In this document: positions 40,484-51,372 of the stretch, piece after piece
Numbering within the stretch: position 1 is the first letter of the stretch
Layout: the number at the start of each line of letters is the position of its first letter
Origin: Thermodesulfovibrionales bacterium
GTDB lineage: Bacteria; Nitrospirota; Thermodesulfovibrionia; Thermodesulfovibrionales; SM23-35
Assembly: GCA_963715195.1 (NCBI GenBank)
Contig: CAVQRT010000002.1
Span: forward strand, 32,001 to 96,000
Direction of reading: 5' to 3'
Length of the DNA stretch: 64,000 nt
Program-made: the position numbers and the translations under genes
The notes under the pieces: generated by a model
Seen by the model: only the letters and a program-made list of their open reading frames with translations
What the model was told of the DNA's origin: nothing
Databases searched by the model: none

Positions 40484-41992
40484 ATGAGATTATTCAGACG
40501 CGCTATTTTTGTGCTTGCGTGCTTACTTCTCTCCTCCACACATGACTCGTCAGCTTCAGAGGAAACACACAAGCAAGCTTTGCTCAGTCAACAGACACAG
40601 GGCTGCATTGGCTGTCACAGCATGTATACGCCTGGGATTGTGCATGACTGGATGACAAGCAGGCACTCGAAGACAATTCCGGGGGACGCAATCAAAAAAT
40701 CCCCTCTTGAAAAACGAATCTCTGCCATGAGTCTTCCGCAGACTCTTCAGGACTATTCCGTCGGCTGCTATGAATGCCATAGCCTGAATCCTAATATCCA
40801 CAAGGATAACTTCAACCATATGGGGTATAACATAAATATCGTGGTCACCCCGAATGATTGCAAAACCTGTCATCCCTCAGAGGTACAACAGTTTGCGGGC
40901 TCAAAAAAGTCATACGCCTATAACAATCTCATGGGTAATCCCGTTTACTATACACTCGTGAGCACCATAACCGGTATGAGGAGATTTAAGGAGAATCAAC
41001 TTTTTGCTGAAAAGCCTTCTGACGCGACACTGCACGAGACCTGCCTTGGATGCCACGGCACCAAGGTGGAGTCGAAAGGACTGAAAACCGTTTCAACCAA
41101 AATAGGAGATCTGCAGTTCCCTGACCTGACAAACTGGCCCAACCAGGGCGTTGGCAGGATAAATCCCGATGGGAGTACCGGAGCCTGCACGGCCTGTCAC
41201 CCGAGACATGGCTTTTTAATCGAGGTCGCTCGAAAGCCCTACACCTGTTCACAGTGTCACCTTGAACCCGATGTCCCAGCGTGGAACGTTTACCGGGAGA
41301 GTAAGCACGGGAACATCTATTCCTCAAAATATCAGCAGTGGAATTTTGATTCCGTGCCGTGGGTCATCGGTAAGGATTTTAATGCGCCAACATGTGCGAC
41401 CTGTCATAACAGCCTCGTTGTTTCTCCAGACAAAACCGTTGTCGCCGAAAGGACACATAATTTTGGGGCACGGTTATGGGTCAGGCTCTTCGGGCTTATT
41501 TACAGTCATCCGCAACCAAAGTCAGGTGATACAACTATAATCAAGAACAAAGATGGACTTCCATTACCTGTGACATTTGCCGGTGAACCGGCATCAGAAT
41601 ACCTGATCGACAATTCCGAACAGGCCAACCGTATGACTGTCATGAGCGGCATCTGTAGAAATTGCCACGGGTCGAGGTGGACGAATAGCCATTTTACAAA
41701 ACTGGACAGCACCATCAAGGAGACGAATGGCATGACTGCTACAGCAACAAATCTGATGGCTGAGGCATGGGAAAAGGGAATCGAAGATAAGACTAACCCG
41801 TTCGATGAGTCTTTGGAGCAGATGTGGGCCAGTCAGTGGCTGTTTTACTGCAACTCGATACGGTATGCCTCGGCCATGACCGGCGCACCAGATTATGCTT
41901 CTTTCAAAAATGGCTGGTGGTACCTCAATAGAAATCTGCAGCATATGCAGAACTGGATGGAATTCAAAAAAGAAGTCAACGAGAAGGACTAA
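40484..41992 (+). CDS. Periplasmic octaheme cytochrome c, hydroxylamine oxidoreductase fold (reductive type)
   Basis: Signal peptide; eight CxxCH motifs (CIGCH, CYECH, CKTCH, CLGCH, CTACH, CSQCH, CATCH, CRNCH); ESKHG; APTCATCH. Confidence 0.85.
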   Translation: MRLFRRAIFVLACLLLSSTHDSSASEETHKQALLSQQTQGCIGCHSMYTPGIVHDWMTSRHSKTIPGDAIKKSPLEKRISAMSLPQTLQDYSVGCYECHSLNPNIHKDNFNHMGYNINIVVTPNDCKTCHPSEVQQFAGSKKSYAYNNLMGNPVYYTLVSTITGMRRFKENQLFAEKPSDATLHETCLGCHGTKVESKGLKTVSTKIGDLQFPDLTNWPNQGVGRINPDGSTGACTACHPRHGFLIEVARKPYTCSQCHLEPDVPAWNVYRESKHGNIYSSKYQQWNFDSVPWVIGKDFNAPTCATCHNSLVVSPDKTVVAERTHNFGARLWVRLFGLIYSHPQPKSGDTTIIKNKDGLPLPVTFAGEPASEYLIDNSEQANRMTVMSGICRNCHGSRWTNSHFTKLDSTIKETNGMTATATNLMAEAWEKGIEDKTNPFDESLEQMWASQWLFYCNSIRYASAMTGAPDYASFKNGWWYLNRNLQHMQNWMEFKKEVNEKD

Positions 41993-42574
41993 ATGAAGGT
42001 TATCGCATTCCTGGGAAGTCCGCGGGAAGGCGGGAATACAGAGCTGCTCCTGAAAGAGGCTCGAAAAGGCATTGAAGAATCCGGCTTCAAAACACACGTC
42101 TTTCCTTTGAGTACGATGAACATAATGCCCTGCCAGAATTGTGGGGGGTGTGACGACACTGGCATCTGTATTTATGAAGATGATATGGGGCAGATTTATG
42201 AGGCCATCAGAACGTGCGACAGGATCATTCTGGCGTCTCCGATCTTCTTTTCCGCCCTCAGTGCACAGACAAAAATGATGGTAGACCGATGCCAGGCATT
42301 CTGGTGCGAGAAATATCTCCTGAAAAAACCGATCCCTCCGGGGATATATGGCCGGAAAGGACTCTTGCTGTTGGTCGGCGGGATGGTGAAAGAAATCGGG
42401 ACGCAGGGCATGCAGTGCGCCGAGAGATCTGCGAAGGCTTTCTTCAGAACAGTCAGCGTCCCGGGACATAAAACATTAAATTACACAGGAGTTGATGCAA
42501 AAGGTGCGATACTGAAACATCCCACGGCATTGAAGGATGCCTATGAGGCAGGAAAAGAACTGGTAAAGGGGTAA
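41993..42574 (+). CDS. Iron-sulfur flavoprotein / flavodoxin family (NADPH-dependent FMN reductase-like)
   Basis: GSPR.GGNT, CQNCGGC.....C, ASPIFF. Confidence 0.85.
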   Translation: MKVIAFLGSPREGGNTELLLKEARKGIEESGFKTHVFPLSTMNIMPCQNCGGCDDTGICIYEDDMGQIYEAIRTCDRIILASPIFFSALSAQTKMMVDRCQAFWCEKYLLKKPIPPGIYGRKGLLLLVGGMVKEIGTQGMQCAERSAKAFFRTVSVPGHKTLNYTGVDAKGAILKHPTALKDAYEAGKELVKG

Positions 42575-42667
42575 TGGGTATCCTGTTATTTTTTCAATAA
42601 AGGCCTTTGCGGATCGGAATGTATAAAGTTAAAGTGCGGTTAAAGATTCTAAGAAATAGTGTCTTCC

Positions 42668-43087
42668 TCAAATGTTCTTTTTAGCTTCTTCTGTCAATAA
42701 CGACAATCGCTTATGCCTTGCCTCCAGGGTTTTTTGGACTAAAGTTTCTATATCCGCAGGTTTTTCCATATAATCCATGGCACCCTCTTTCATTGCATGA
42801 ACAGCATCTTCAGTTGTACCCTGACCTGTGAGAATAATAACAGGCAAATTAGGATAGTTCTTCTTAATATTCCTTAAGACTTCCATACCTCCCATTCCAG
42901 GCATAATAAGATCAAGAATAACAATATTGTAATTTTTACCCTTCACTTTTTCTAACGCTTCCTCACCGTTGTCAACAGTATCCGCTTTAAGGCCACGTGC
43001 CTCGAACCTTTGAGAGAGTATTTTAAGAAAATCTGCATCATCATCGACTAAGAGAATATCTGGTTTCATTTCATCTGATGAATCCAT
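42668..43087 (-). CDS. Single-domain response regulator
   Basis: LLVDDD, LDLIMPGMGG, LTGQG, EKP. Confidence 0.88.
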   Translation of the reverse strand: MDSSDEMKPDILLVDDDADFLKILSQRFEARGLKADTVDNGEEALEKVKGKNYNIVILDLIMPGMGGMEVLRNIKKNYPNLPVIILTGQGTTEDAVHAMKEGAMDYMEKPADIETLVQKTLEARHKRLSLLTEEAKKNI

Positions 43088-43208
43088 ATATTACCTCCTT
43101 CATTACTATCGTCACTTTATTTATTATTGACTATTTTACTATAGATACATTTTTGAAACTACTCATGGTCTCAATGTCACTAATTTTGTCCAATCACCGC
43201 TGAAGATC

Positions 43209-43264
43209 TGCAGCCGCAGCCTTTAGGCTGTGCCAATCAGCGCAGGCTGAAGCCTGCGGCTACA
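43209..43264. repeat. GTAG-type REP doublet (REPIN-like)
   Basis: TGCAGCCGCAGCCTTTAGGCTGTG facing the reverse complement of TGTAGCCGCAGGCTTCAGCCTGCG. Confidence 0.65.
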
Positions 43265-43285
43265 CAACACTTCACTGAATGATCC

Positions 43286-44179
43286 TCAATCTTCCACCCG
43301 TTTCCAACGCCTGTGTATCCAAAGCCATTCCGCGGGATGTTCCCGTATGTATGCCTCGATAAAACTGGAGAACCTCTCTGTATCGGCCTTGAGAGCCTTT
43401 TCCTTGTCATCATCACCGGAGAGTTCAATCTCCGGGTGCAATTTAATTTTATGCCCGTCCTTTTCTCTATGGATAAAAGCCGGGATAACAGATGCGCCGG
43501 TTTTTCGTGCGATGAGGGCCGGCATTTTTGTGGTCCAGGCCCCCCTCCCGAGGAAATCAATCACAAACCCTTCTTCAGAGATAACCGCCTGATCCATGAG
43601 GATACCTATACTGTCGTTATTCTTAAGTCCCTGCATAATAGATTTGAGAGCGTTTTTCTTGTAAATAACGCTGTTGCCATATTTTTTCCTGGTACGTTCA
43701 ACAAACTGATTTATATAAGGATTATTCAAAGGTCTTGCAACAATGGAAATAGGGGAAAACCTTACAGAAGCGGAAAGAGCGAGCAGCTCCCAGTTGCCGC
43801 AGTGCCCGGTTATCAACAGAACCCCTTTCCCCTTTGCCCGTGCTGCTTGCAGATGCTCTATGCCTTCGAAATGAACACCGTCTATAATCTTACGCCCCAA
43901 TCCGAAGTAGATTTTGATGACCTCCGCAAGAGACCTTCCGAGGTTTCTGAAGTTATCCCTGATTGCTGCTTCGACCGGTACCGGGATGGTGAGGGCATGA
44001 ACTGCCACCGTTTTTGCAAGATTCCCGATGGCGATTCTTCGCCTGCTTCCCCACAGATAAAAAAGCAAAAGGCCGAGAACTTCCCCGGCCTTCAATGCCC
44101 ATTTCAACGGCAGGACCGCCAACGGTATGGACAGGAGTATCGAAAGACCTGTCTCAATCAGCCATACCGCTCTTTTCAT
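43286..44179 (-). CDS. lpxL: Lipid A late acyltransferase (LpxL/HtrB family)
   Basis: GHCGNWE, LMDQ, WLWIHRRWK. Confidence 0.82.
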   Translation of the reverse strand: MKRAVWLIETGLSILLSIPLAVLPLKWALKAGEVLGLLLFYLWGSRRRIAIGNLAKTVAVHALTIPVPVEAAIRDNFRNLGRSLAEVIKIYFGLGRKIIDGVHFEGIEHLQAARAKGKGVLLITGHCGNWELLALSASVRFSPISIVARPLNNPYINQFVERTRKKYGNSVIYKKNALKSIMQGLKNNDSIGILMDQAVISEEGFVIDFLGRGAWTTKMPALIARKTGASVIPAFIHREKDGHKIKLHPEIELSGDDDKEKALKADTERFSSFIEAYIREHPAEWLWIHRRWKRVED

Positions 44180-46610
44180 TATCCTTTCGTTTTTCTTTGC
44201 CCTCTTCCTCTTTCTCCCCTTCTTTTTCCTTCTTCTTTTCCATCGACTGGGCGATTTCGGTAAGACGTTTTACGACAAGGTAATTAATTGTGCCTGCCGG
44301 ATAGGTTCCGTCATCAGCGGGTTCCCCGACCTTCATACCCGTGAGGAGCTCAAGCCCTTCGTCAACCTTGCGGATTGGATAAATGAAAAACTTATCTTCC
44401 TTCACGGCATCAACGACATCCTTTTTTAGCATAAGATTTTTGACATTCCGCGCAGGGATGATAACTCCATGACTTCCATCGAGTCCGGTCACCCGGCAGA
44501 GGTCGAAGAAACCTTCGATCTTCTCATTGATTCCACCAACCGGCTGGACATCTCCGTTCTGGTCCATGGACCCGGTGACAGCGATATTCTGCCTTAAGGG
44601 TACTCGTGCAATGCTGCTCAGGAGGGCATAGAGTTCGGCACAGGACGCGCTGTCACCTTCCACCATATCATAGAGCTGCTCGAACGTGATCGATGCAGTC
44701 AGGCTTATCGGTTTATGTACCGCGTATCTGCTGCCAAGATAATTCGAGATAATGAGGATGGCCTTCTCGTGGATCTTGCCGCTCATCTTTGTTTCCCGCT
44801 CGATATTCACAACCCCTGCCTTGCCTGCATATGCACTGGCTGTAATCCTCGACGGTTTCCCGAAGCGGTAATCACCCAAATCAAGCACCGCAAGCCCGTT
44901 GATTTGCCCTGTTTTCTCGCCTGATGTCTCTACAATGAGGGTCCCTTCGAGGATCATTTCCCTCAGCCGTTCCTCGATTCTGTTTGTCCTGAAAATCTTT
45001 TCCTCTACGGCCTTCTGAACATGCTCCCCATCAACAACTGCGTTCCCGGCTTTTGATGCCCAGTAACTGGCCTCCCTCAGGACGTCTGCTATGTCGCTGA
45101 ACCGTGCCGATAATTTATTCTGGTGCTCCGCGAGCCGTGAACTGAGTTCTATCACCTTCGCCGCGCCTGACCTGTCGATGGGCAGAAGATTCTCCTCCTT
45201 GCAAAGGGTAGCAATAAAATAAGCATATTTGCGAACATTCTCTTCGTTTCTGATCATCCTGCTGTCGAAATCCGCCTTCACCTTGAACAGCTCCCGGTAT
45301 TCTTCATCAAGATTGTAGAGGAGATAATAAAGATATGGATTCCCGATGAGTATCACCTTGATATCGAGCGGTATTGCCTCAGGCTTGAGCGTCGTTGTCG
45401 ATATCAGCCGGTACTGTTCCCACACGTCTTCTATCTTCACCTCCCGGTCCCTGATCGCCCGTTTCAGTGAATCGTATGCAAATATGTTGCGCAGAAGATC
45501 AAGCGCATTGATAACAAGATACCCTCCATTTGCCTTATGCAGAGAGCCGGCTTTGATCATCGAAAAATCCGTCAAAGCAAGCCCGTACTGTATTTTATGC
45601 TCTATCCTGCCGAAGAGGTCATAATACGTCGGATTAGTCTCAAAGATACAGGGAGCCCCTTTGCAGTCCTTATTGTTTACGAGAACATTGACGGTATATC
45701 TCGTGAAAGTAGGCTCAGTCTTCTGGAGTTTCATGAACGGTACTTGTTGCGGCTGTTCTTCCTGAACCTTGAAATCATCAAGATGTTCAAGGATGTCTTC
45801 CTTTGCTTCATCAAGGTATAGGGTAATCCTCTCGTGTCCCTTGTACTTGCTCTTCAGTTCATCAACGAGATGCCCGACTGCGGAGAGCGCAGCCTCTTTT
45901 TCAAGCTTTCTTATTATTTCCTTGACCAGTTTGTCTTTTTCACGAACCATGCGGACAACATCATTCAGTTTCTCCTGGAGATGTTTGCCGATCTCATCAA
46001 GCTTATTCCTCGTTTTTTCATCAAGCTGTTCGTATTCTTCCTCTGTCAGCGGCTCCCCGGTCTTTTTCACCGGGACAATGACCAGCCCGCTTACGGTCTT
46101 ACGCACCAGGAAGCCTTTTTCCTGTGCCTCTTCCTCGAGGCCGGTAAAGATTTCCTTTTGCTTCCTTTGGGCGTCTTCGATGATGGTATTCTTCTGCTTT
46201 TCGTATTCTTTTGATTCAAAGGCCTTCGGAATTTCAACCTTCAGGATTTTTACCACCTCTTCCATATCTTTTTGGAATATAACCGCCTGCCCGGGAGGAA
46301 GGGAGATGGCTAAGGGAGCATCGGGATCCTTAAAATTGTAGACATAACACCAGTCCTGAGGCACGGGTTCTTTCATGGCTTTTTGACTGAGGAATGATTT
46401 GACGGTTGTCATCTTGCCAGTGCCGCACTCCCCGAGGATGAAAATATTAAAACCCCTGCTTTCGAGGCTCAGGCCGAAATCAAGGGAATGAAGAGCACGT
46501 TCCTGGCCTATCGTTTCTTTAAAATCCGGCAGATCATTTGTTGTTGCGAAATCAAAGACAGAAGGATCACAAAACCCAGACAGCTCATCATGTCGCAGTT
46601 TTTCCGGCAT
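44154..46610 (-). CDS. Lon-family protease, LonC-type, with long coiled-coil insert
   Basis: IGQERA, Walker A GECGTGK, GSLHKANGGYL, catalytic EGDSAS and GGINEKIEGF; start moved to ATG 46610. Confidence 0.85.
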   Translation of the reverse strand: MPEKLRHDELSGFCDPSVFDFATTNDLPDFKETIGQERALHSLDFGLSLESRGFNIFILGECGTGKMTTVKSFLSQKAMKEPVPQDWCYVYNFKDPDAPLAISLPPGQAVIFQKDMEEVVKILKVEIPKAFESKEYEKQKNTIIEDAQRKQKEIFTGLEEEAQEKGFLVRKTVSGLVIVPVKKTGEPLTEEEYEQLDEKTRNKLDEIGKHLQEKLNDVVRMVREKDKLVKEIIRKLEKEAALSAVGHLVDELKSKYKGHERITLYLDEAKEDILEHLDDFKVQEEQPQQVPFMKLQKTEPTFTRYTVNVLVNNKDCKGAPCIFETNPTYYDLFGRIEHKIQYGLALTDFSMIKAGSLHKANGGYLVINALDLLRNIFAYDSLKRAIRDREVKIEDVWEQYRLISTTTLKPEAIPLDIKVILIGNPYLYYLLYNLDEEYRELFKVKADFDSRMIRNEENVRKYAYFIATLCKEENLLPIDRSGAAKVIELSSRLAEHQNKLSARFSDIADVLREASYWASKAGNAVVDGEHVQKAVEEKIFRTNRIEERLREMILEGTLIVETSGEKTGQINGLAVLDLGDYRFGKPSRITASAYAGKAGVVNIERETKMSGKIHEKAILIISNYLGSRYAVHKPISLTASITFEQLYDMVEGDSASCAELYALLSSIARVPLRQNIAVTGSMDQNGDVQPVGGINEKIEGFFDLCRVTGLDGSHGVIIPARNVKNLMLKKDVVDAVKEDKFFIYPIRKVDEGLELLTGMKVGEPADDGTYPAGTINYLVVKRLTEIAQSMEKKKEKEGEKEEEGKEKRKDNEKSGMAD

Positions 46611-46712
46611 ACGAAACCTCCGAATTGGAATAAACGCAGATAGCACAGTTTACACATTTTACATGCCGGATGCAACATGCCGGCACCCTCTGGGTGAAAA
46701 GATTTCTTTTTC

Positions 46713-47432
46713 CTATTTGCTTCTTTGATGGGTGAGATATGGAAGAAACATATAGCGGATTTCTTCGAGTGATTTTTCTATGACGAACGGCAGCGTTTGA
46801 GCAAAGACATCGAGGATGGTCAGAGAATTAACCGCTACATCCTTGTCGCAGGTACACTGCAGTCGTTTAAACATTGCACCATTGAGAATCTGAATGTTCT
46901 CATAGATTTTTTTCAGTCCCTCGAGGTCAAAGTCGGCTTCCTGTCCTTCTTTCCGGAGGAAATATTGGGCCAGAAGATACATTGAAGAGGCTCTGTATAT
47001 TGTCTCCTCTGCACTCGCGAGGGGCAGGTGGAAGCGGGCCATGGGCTTGAAGAATTCCATATGGGGGCAGCCGCTCGTGGCCATGATCAGGCCCATAACC
47101 GAACTCAGGCTTTTCTGGGCACTCGTCTCTTTCGAGATAGTGCGTTGTGGGGTGATAATGTCAACATGAACCGTTTCATAAGATAACAGGGTCTGAAACA
47201 TCTTCAGGAGTTTTACCAGATGAAGCGCTATCGGACAATTCGGATCACTTCGAACATCCAGGAGACAGTTTGTACACTGACAGAAATCAAGTTTTGCCCA
47301 GAAAGGGATTCTCTTTGGAATATCATTCATGAGGGCAAGGGTTACAGGATCGAGATGCAGGTCGATAATCTCCTGCTGAGCGTCAGGAAGCCTAAAAAGG
47401 TATCGAATGTCTATAGTATCCATGTTATTCAC
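46713..47432 (-). CDS. Conserved hypothetical protein with Cys motifs (resembles DUF6901 family, from memory)
   Basis: WAKL..CQCTNC...CP, GLIMATSGCP, KPMARFHLPLA, SMYLLAQYF. Confidence 0.6.
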   Translation of the reverse strand: MNNMDTIDIRYLFRLPDAQQEIIDLHLDPVTLALMNDIPKRIPFWAKLDFCQCTNCLLDVRSDPNCPIALHLVKLLKMFQTLLSYETVHVDIITPQRTISKETSAQKSLSSVMGLIMATSGCPHMEFFKPMARFHLPLASAEETIYRASSMYLLAQYFLRKEGQEADFDLEGLKKIYENIQILNGAMFKRLQCTCDKDVAVNSLTILDVFAQTLPFVIEKSLEEIRYMFLPYLTHQRSK

Positions 47433-47463
47433 AAATTAACATCCAGCGGAGTTGTTTCTAATA

Positions 47464-47491
47464 AGCAGGCCGACCGAGAGGTCGGCCTGCT
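47464..47491 (-). terminator. GC-rich hairpin downstream of the small secreted ORF
   Basis: AGCAGGCCGACC-gaga-GGTCGGCCTGCT 12-bp stem. Confidence 0.6.
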
Positions 47492-47601
47492 GTAATGCAA
47501 TCGCCTGTGATTAACCCCGAGTAAATTTTGACATAAGTCCTATTCATTTTCTCCGGTTCCGAATTAAGACTTTCAGAACAATCAGCAACTCTCTTATTCG
47601 C

Positions 47602-47898
47602 CTACCAGCAATATCTTTTTACCCCCAATTACCACGCAAGGGTCATCATCCTTTAACAGTTAGTATCGCCGACCTCACTATGTCTTGTATTGCATCTGTT
47701 ACTTCATTCTTGCCCTCAGGCACCATTTCTGTCTATTTCATCGCATCTGTCACGCCCGTAACGTTGCCTTTGTCGTCAAAATTCACATACGAAACGAAAA
47801 CTCACCTTCTTGTTTGCCCCCGCCCATGAATGGCTAACGGATCCTAACAAAATTACGACTCCCATGATGATTAGAAGAATGACTGTAAACTTTTTCAT
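47602..47898 (-). pseudogene. Small (about 98 aa) secreted protein, disrupted in this sequence
   Basis: AGGAGG SD; signal peptide MKKFTVILLIIMGVVILLGSVSHSWA; reconstruction to ...DDDPCVVIGGKRYCW* needs three indels and one in-frame TAG. Confidence 0.5.
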
Positions 47899-48037
47899 TG
47901 AAACCCTCCTTTTTGCATGCTACAGGTTTTTCCAGTTTTCACAGGCTTTTTTGCTTCACCATCACCCCTCTGGTTACAGATAAAGAATTAGCTATCACCT
48001 CCTTTCTTCTGAATCTAGCAAGATATATCCCTCACCT

Positions 48038-51000
48038 TTAAAATGCCAGAGTGAATTTGGCAAATACAGCCCGTTCCGGTTGTATCGACGGGTTCGCAAG
48101 ATCTAGGTCCTGATACTGAAAAGACTGATTGAAAAGGTTTCGCGCATCAATCATGATGATACCCATTCTTTTTGGCAGACGGTAGCTGACTGAAGCATCC
48201 GTTATCCAGAAATTGTCGGTTCCGGATACAATAGCCCCAGCCGGTCTCTGAAGCTTAAATTTCCCTTCCTGGTCAATGTATGTCGTTTTCACTCTTGCAC
48301 TGAATCCCGAAGGATGTGCAAAGGTTATTGCAAACGGGAAACGGTTCGTTCTTACATGGTTCAAAGTATCTCCGGATCGTCTCTATCATTTTCCTTTTTC
48401 TCATACTGATACGCTGCGCTGAGCGCTATCCACTGAGAGGCGTCCAGTAAAGATAGCCCCTGCCAAACCATTCATTCCCCTCAAGATGCTTTACCCCTGT
48501 GCCAGCTTCGGTCGCAATAAAGTCGGGTATTCCAAATCCCTTTGTGAGTACTCTAACCCCCCGTAAATATTCTTCAAAACTTTCTGATCTATGGCAACGC
48601 CGTATCGCCATGCTTCAGTCGCACCGTCGTCGTCGTAGAACTGATTGAACCCGGCCACCTGCGTCGGCTCAAGCGTCTGTTCTGTCGGAAGAGTTCGTCT
48701 GAGCGTTCTGAAGGCAGCTGCCCTGAGCGTGGTTGCCGGTAGGGGGTTCCACATAACGCCGAATTTCGGGTTGAACTGATCGTATCTTCTACCTCACTGT
48801 CAAAGAAATCCGCACTTCCGCCGATGGTCCACTTCACCGTTTTTGGATAATTGATATACGAATATACGTAAAGATTGGTGTGTTCGGCATCAGAATCAAC
48901 AGTGTCGGTCACTTTAACGGGAAAAGGGGGTCCGCCAGGGATAAGAAATTCCAAATCAGTTTTGTCTTTCCTGTTTATGTCGAAATAGCCGATACCGCTC
49001 ACAAGTTTGATGTATTTGGTGCTCAACAGGTGTTGCAGCTCCCCGCTGTAGTCTTCTTCGCCGTCAGTCTGTACACTGAACTTTGTCTGAGTAGGATCGC
49101 CAGGTTCAGGGTTAACATGCAAACTCGCGTCCCAATGTCTGTATATAAAGGAACCAAGGAGTGCAGAACCGGGTGAGAAGGCATGACGGAAACCAAATCT
49201 CATCGTTCGCTCCTCTTCATCCTGTCTGAGCGTCGGGAGATAATTATCCCTGCCGAAAAAAAGCGTGAGATCACCGTGATCAAAATCCCTCGATCTGAAC
49301 TCAGCCTGGACACTGGTCTTCGGAGTGAGCTCTACCTGAGCGAACAGGTTGTAAATGTTCTGCTTCTGATCGTTGTTCTCACGCCATCCGTTACTCTTGT
49401 AAAAGAACTGCCCGGCACTTATGGAGGCCTTACCCTGAACCGCCGCCACAGCAATCTCTTCCCCGAAGGTACTGTTCTCACCAATAATACTGCTTACCTG
49501 CAAGGAATACCTGTTCCGGTTGAAGAGCGGGTTGAATTCGTTGAATGAAAGGTCTGCTGGGCCTGCTCCCTCCAGGATGAACAGGTTACTCTCAGCGAGA
49601 TGGGGTTGCACAGGTGTAATGTTGATTGGCTGAAGCAATTGTGACTGAAGGAGTTCACTTACCCTCGCCATCTCATGTCGCGGCAGTGCTGAATATGAAT
49701 CCGCCAAAAACCTGTGTCCCGAAAAATCTGCCGGGTCACTATTCACCGATTTCCATCCCTCGATGAGGGCAAGATCCTGGAAACCGAGATTGCTATAGAT
49801 GCGTGCAAGGCTCGCGCTCCGTGCTGCAAGGTCTGCATCGAGAAGAAACTTCGAACGATAGACTGCCCTGTTGTCGTTCAGGTCGATCGCCTTCTGCATC
49901 TCCTGCAGTGCCTCCACCGGTCGGTTCTCTGTCTGTTTCTTGATGGCTTCGTAGAAGAACGGCGTCGGGTCTTGCGGATCAAACTCCTTTGCCATCTGAT
50001 ACTGGTCATTCGCCATCTTGTCCTGTTTCTCTTCGTAGTAAGCCTTCCCAAGGTAGCTCCTGAGGAGAGAGTTGTCGGGGTCGAGGCTGACGGCGATCTC
50101 GATGTCCTTCCGTCCTTCCTCAAGGCATCCCTTGCGGATCTTTGCGAGTCCGAGCCCAAGCCTCGGTAGCGGGGCTGCCTGATCCAGCTCGATCGCCTTC
50201 TCGAAGGCTGCCATGGACTCCTTTATCTTCACCTGGGTGAGGTATGCAAATCCCAGGACGGTCTGTGTCCTTGCGATGTTGGGATTCAACTCTACAGCCT
50301 TGTTTGCCGCTCTGAGGGATTCGTCAAGTCTTCCGAACGACTGTTGTATCTCGGCAAGTCTTGCCCACGCCAGGGCATTTTCAGGTTCAACTGTCACCGC
50401 CTCTTTCATGCTGTTGAGAGCTCCCTTCAGGTCAAAGCTCGCCTGTTGGGCATACGACATGGCTATATGAGCTGCTGCTGAATTCTTGTCCGCCTGCACC
50501 GCTTTTCCTGCCAGGTCAAGGGCCTTTTCCTTATCATTCTGTGTCACCGCAATGATTGACTGGAGAGAAAATGCCAGGCTGTTCTGGGGATCGAGCCTCA
50601 GGGCCTGCTCAATCTCTGCCTTTGCCACTTCAACACGGCCTACACGCAGAAGCGATGCTGCACGGTGTGTGTAGAACCGCGGATCGGTATCCTTCAATTC
50701 TTCAGGATATTCCCAGAGAACTGGTGGATAGTAAAGTGCCCATTGCACGGCATCACGCGGTCGCACCACGGTTTGTAAAACCGGAGCCTGATCTGCCTTT
50801 GCGATTGCGGATTGTCCGCTCGTTAACGTCAGGCTGCCTGCCTTGTTCTCGGCAAGTACCTTACCTTCGAATATCGAGAGGAATGTACTGTCATCATCGA
50901 CTCTCGCCAGGAATTCCGTGCCTTCGACTGTTCCGTTTACAAATGGCGTACTCACTTTCAACGTCCGCGGCCAACGGCTGAAGAATTTCACAGCCCCTTT

Positions 51001-51330
51001 GATGAGACCTATGAGCGAAGTCTCCTCTTTTACCCCGTTGAAGACGAGATTGGTGTATTGGTCGATGCGGACTACGGGACCATTGATGAGTTGCACAGCC
51101 GCCCTGCTGTGCTCATTTGCCCTGACAAGATAGCCTGTACAGATGAGATCGCCCTGATGCGCCTGCACCCACTCCGCATCAGCAGATTTCCTTATCTCCA
51201 CGCTACCCTGTACCGATACTACCTTGGCTACCCAATCCTTGCATATCTCTGCGTGGGCTACATGATGCAATTGAAAAATGCATATGACACTAAATACGAT
51301 TATGCTGATCATCCTCTTTTTCATAGCCAT
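48038..51330 (-). CDS. Outer-membrane receptor: signal peptide + FecR domain + TPR repeats + beta-barrel; 3' part broken by several frameshifts
   Basis: FecR (VSVQGSVE...VSTPFVNGTVEGTEF), TPR array, amphipathic strands continuing through ORFs 48491-48754, 48426-48611, 48038-48364; ends AKFTLAF. Confidence 0.75.
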
Positions 51331-51372
51331 TCCCCCCCTTTTCTGATTGCTTTATCTAAAAAACAACTCCTG

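Noticed and set aside
43313..44263. Long antisense ORFs (also 19592-20356, 41594-42469, 60752-61600, 63585-63980)
   Set aside because: Shadows of well-supported genes on the opposite strand, with no motifs
47994..48007. ATCACCTCCTTTCT matches the 16S rRNA 3' end
   Set aside because: No upstream rRNA sequence; it is an SD-like motif on the minus strand
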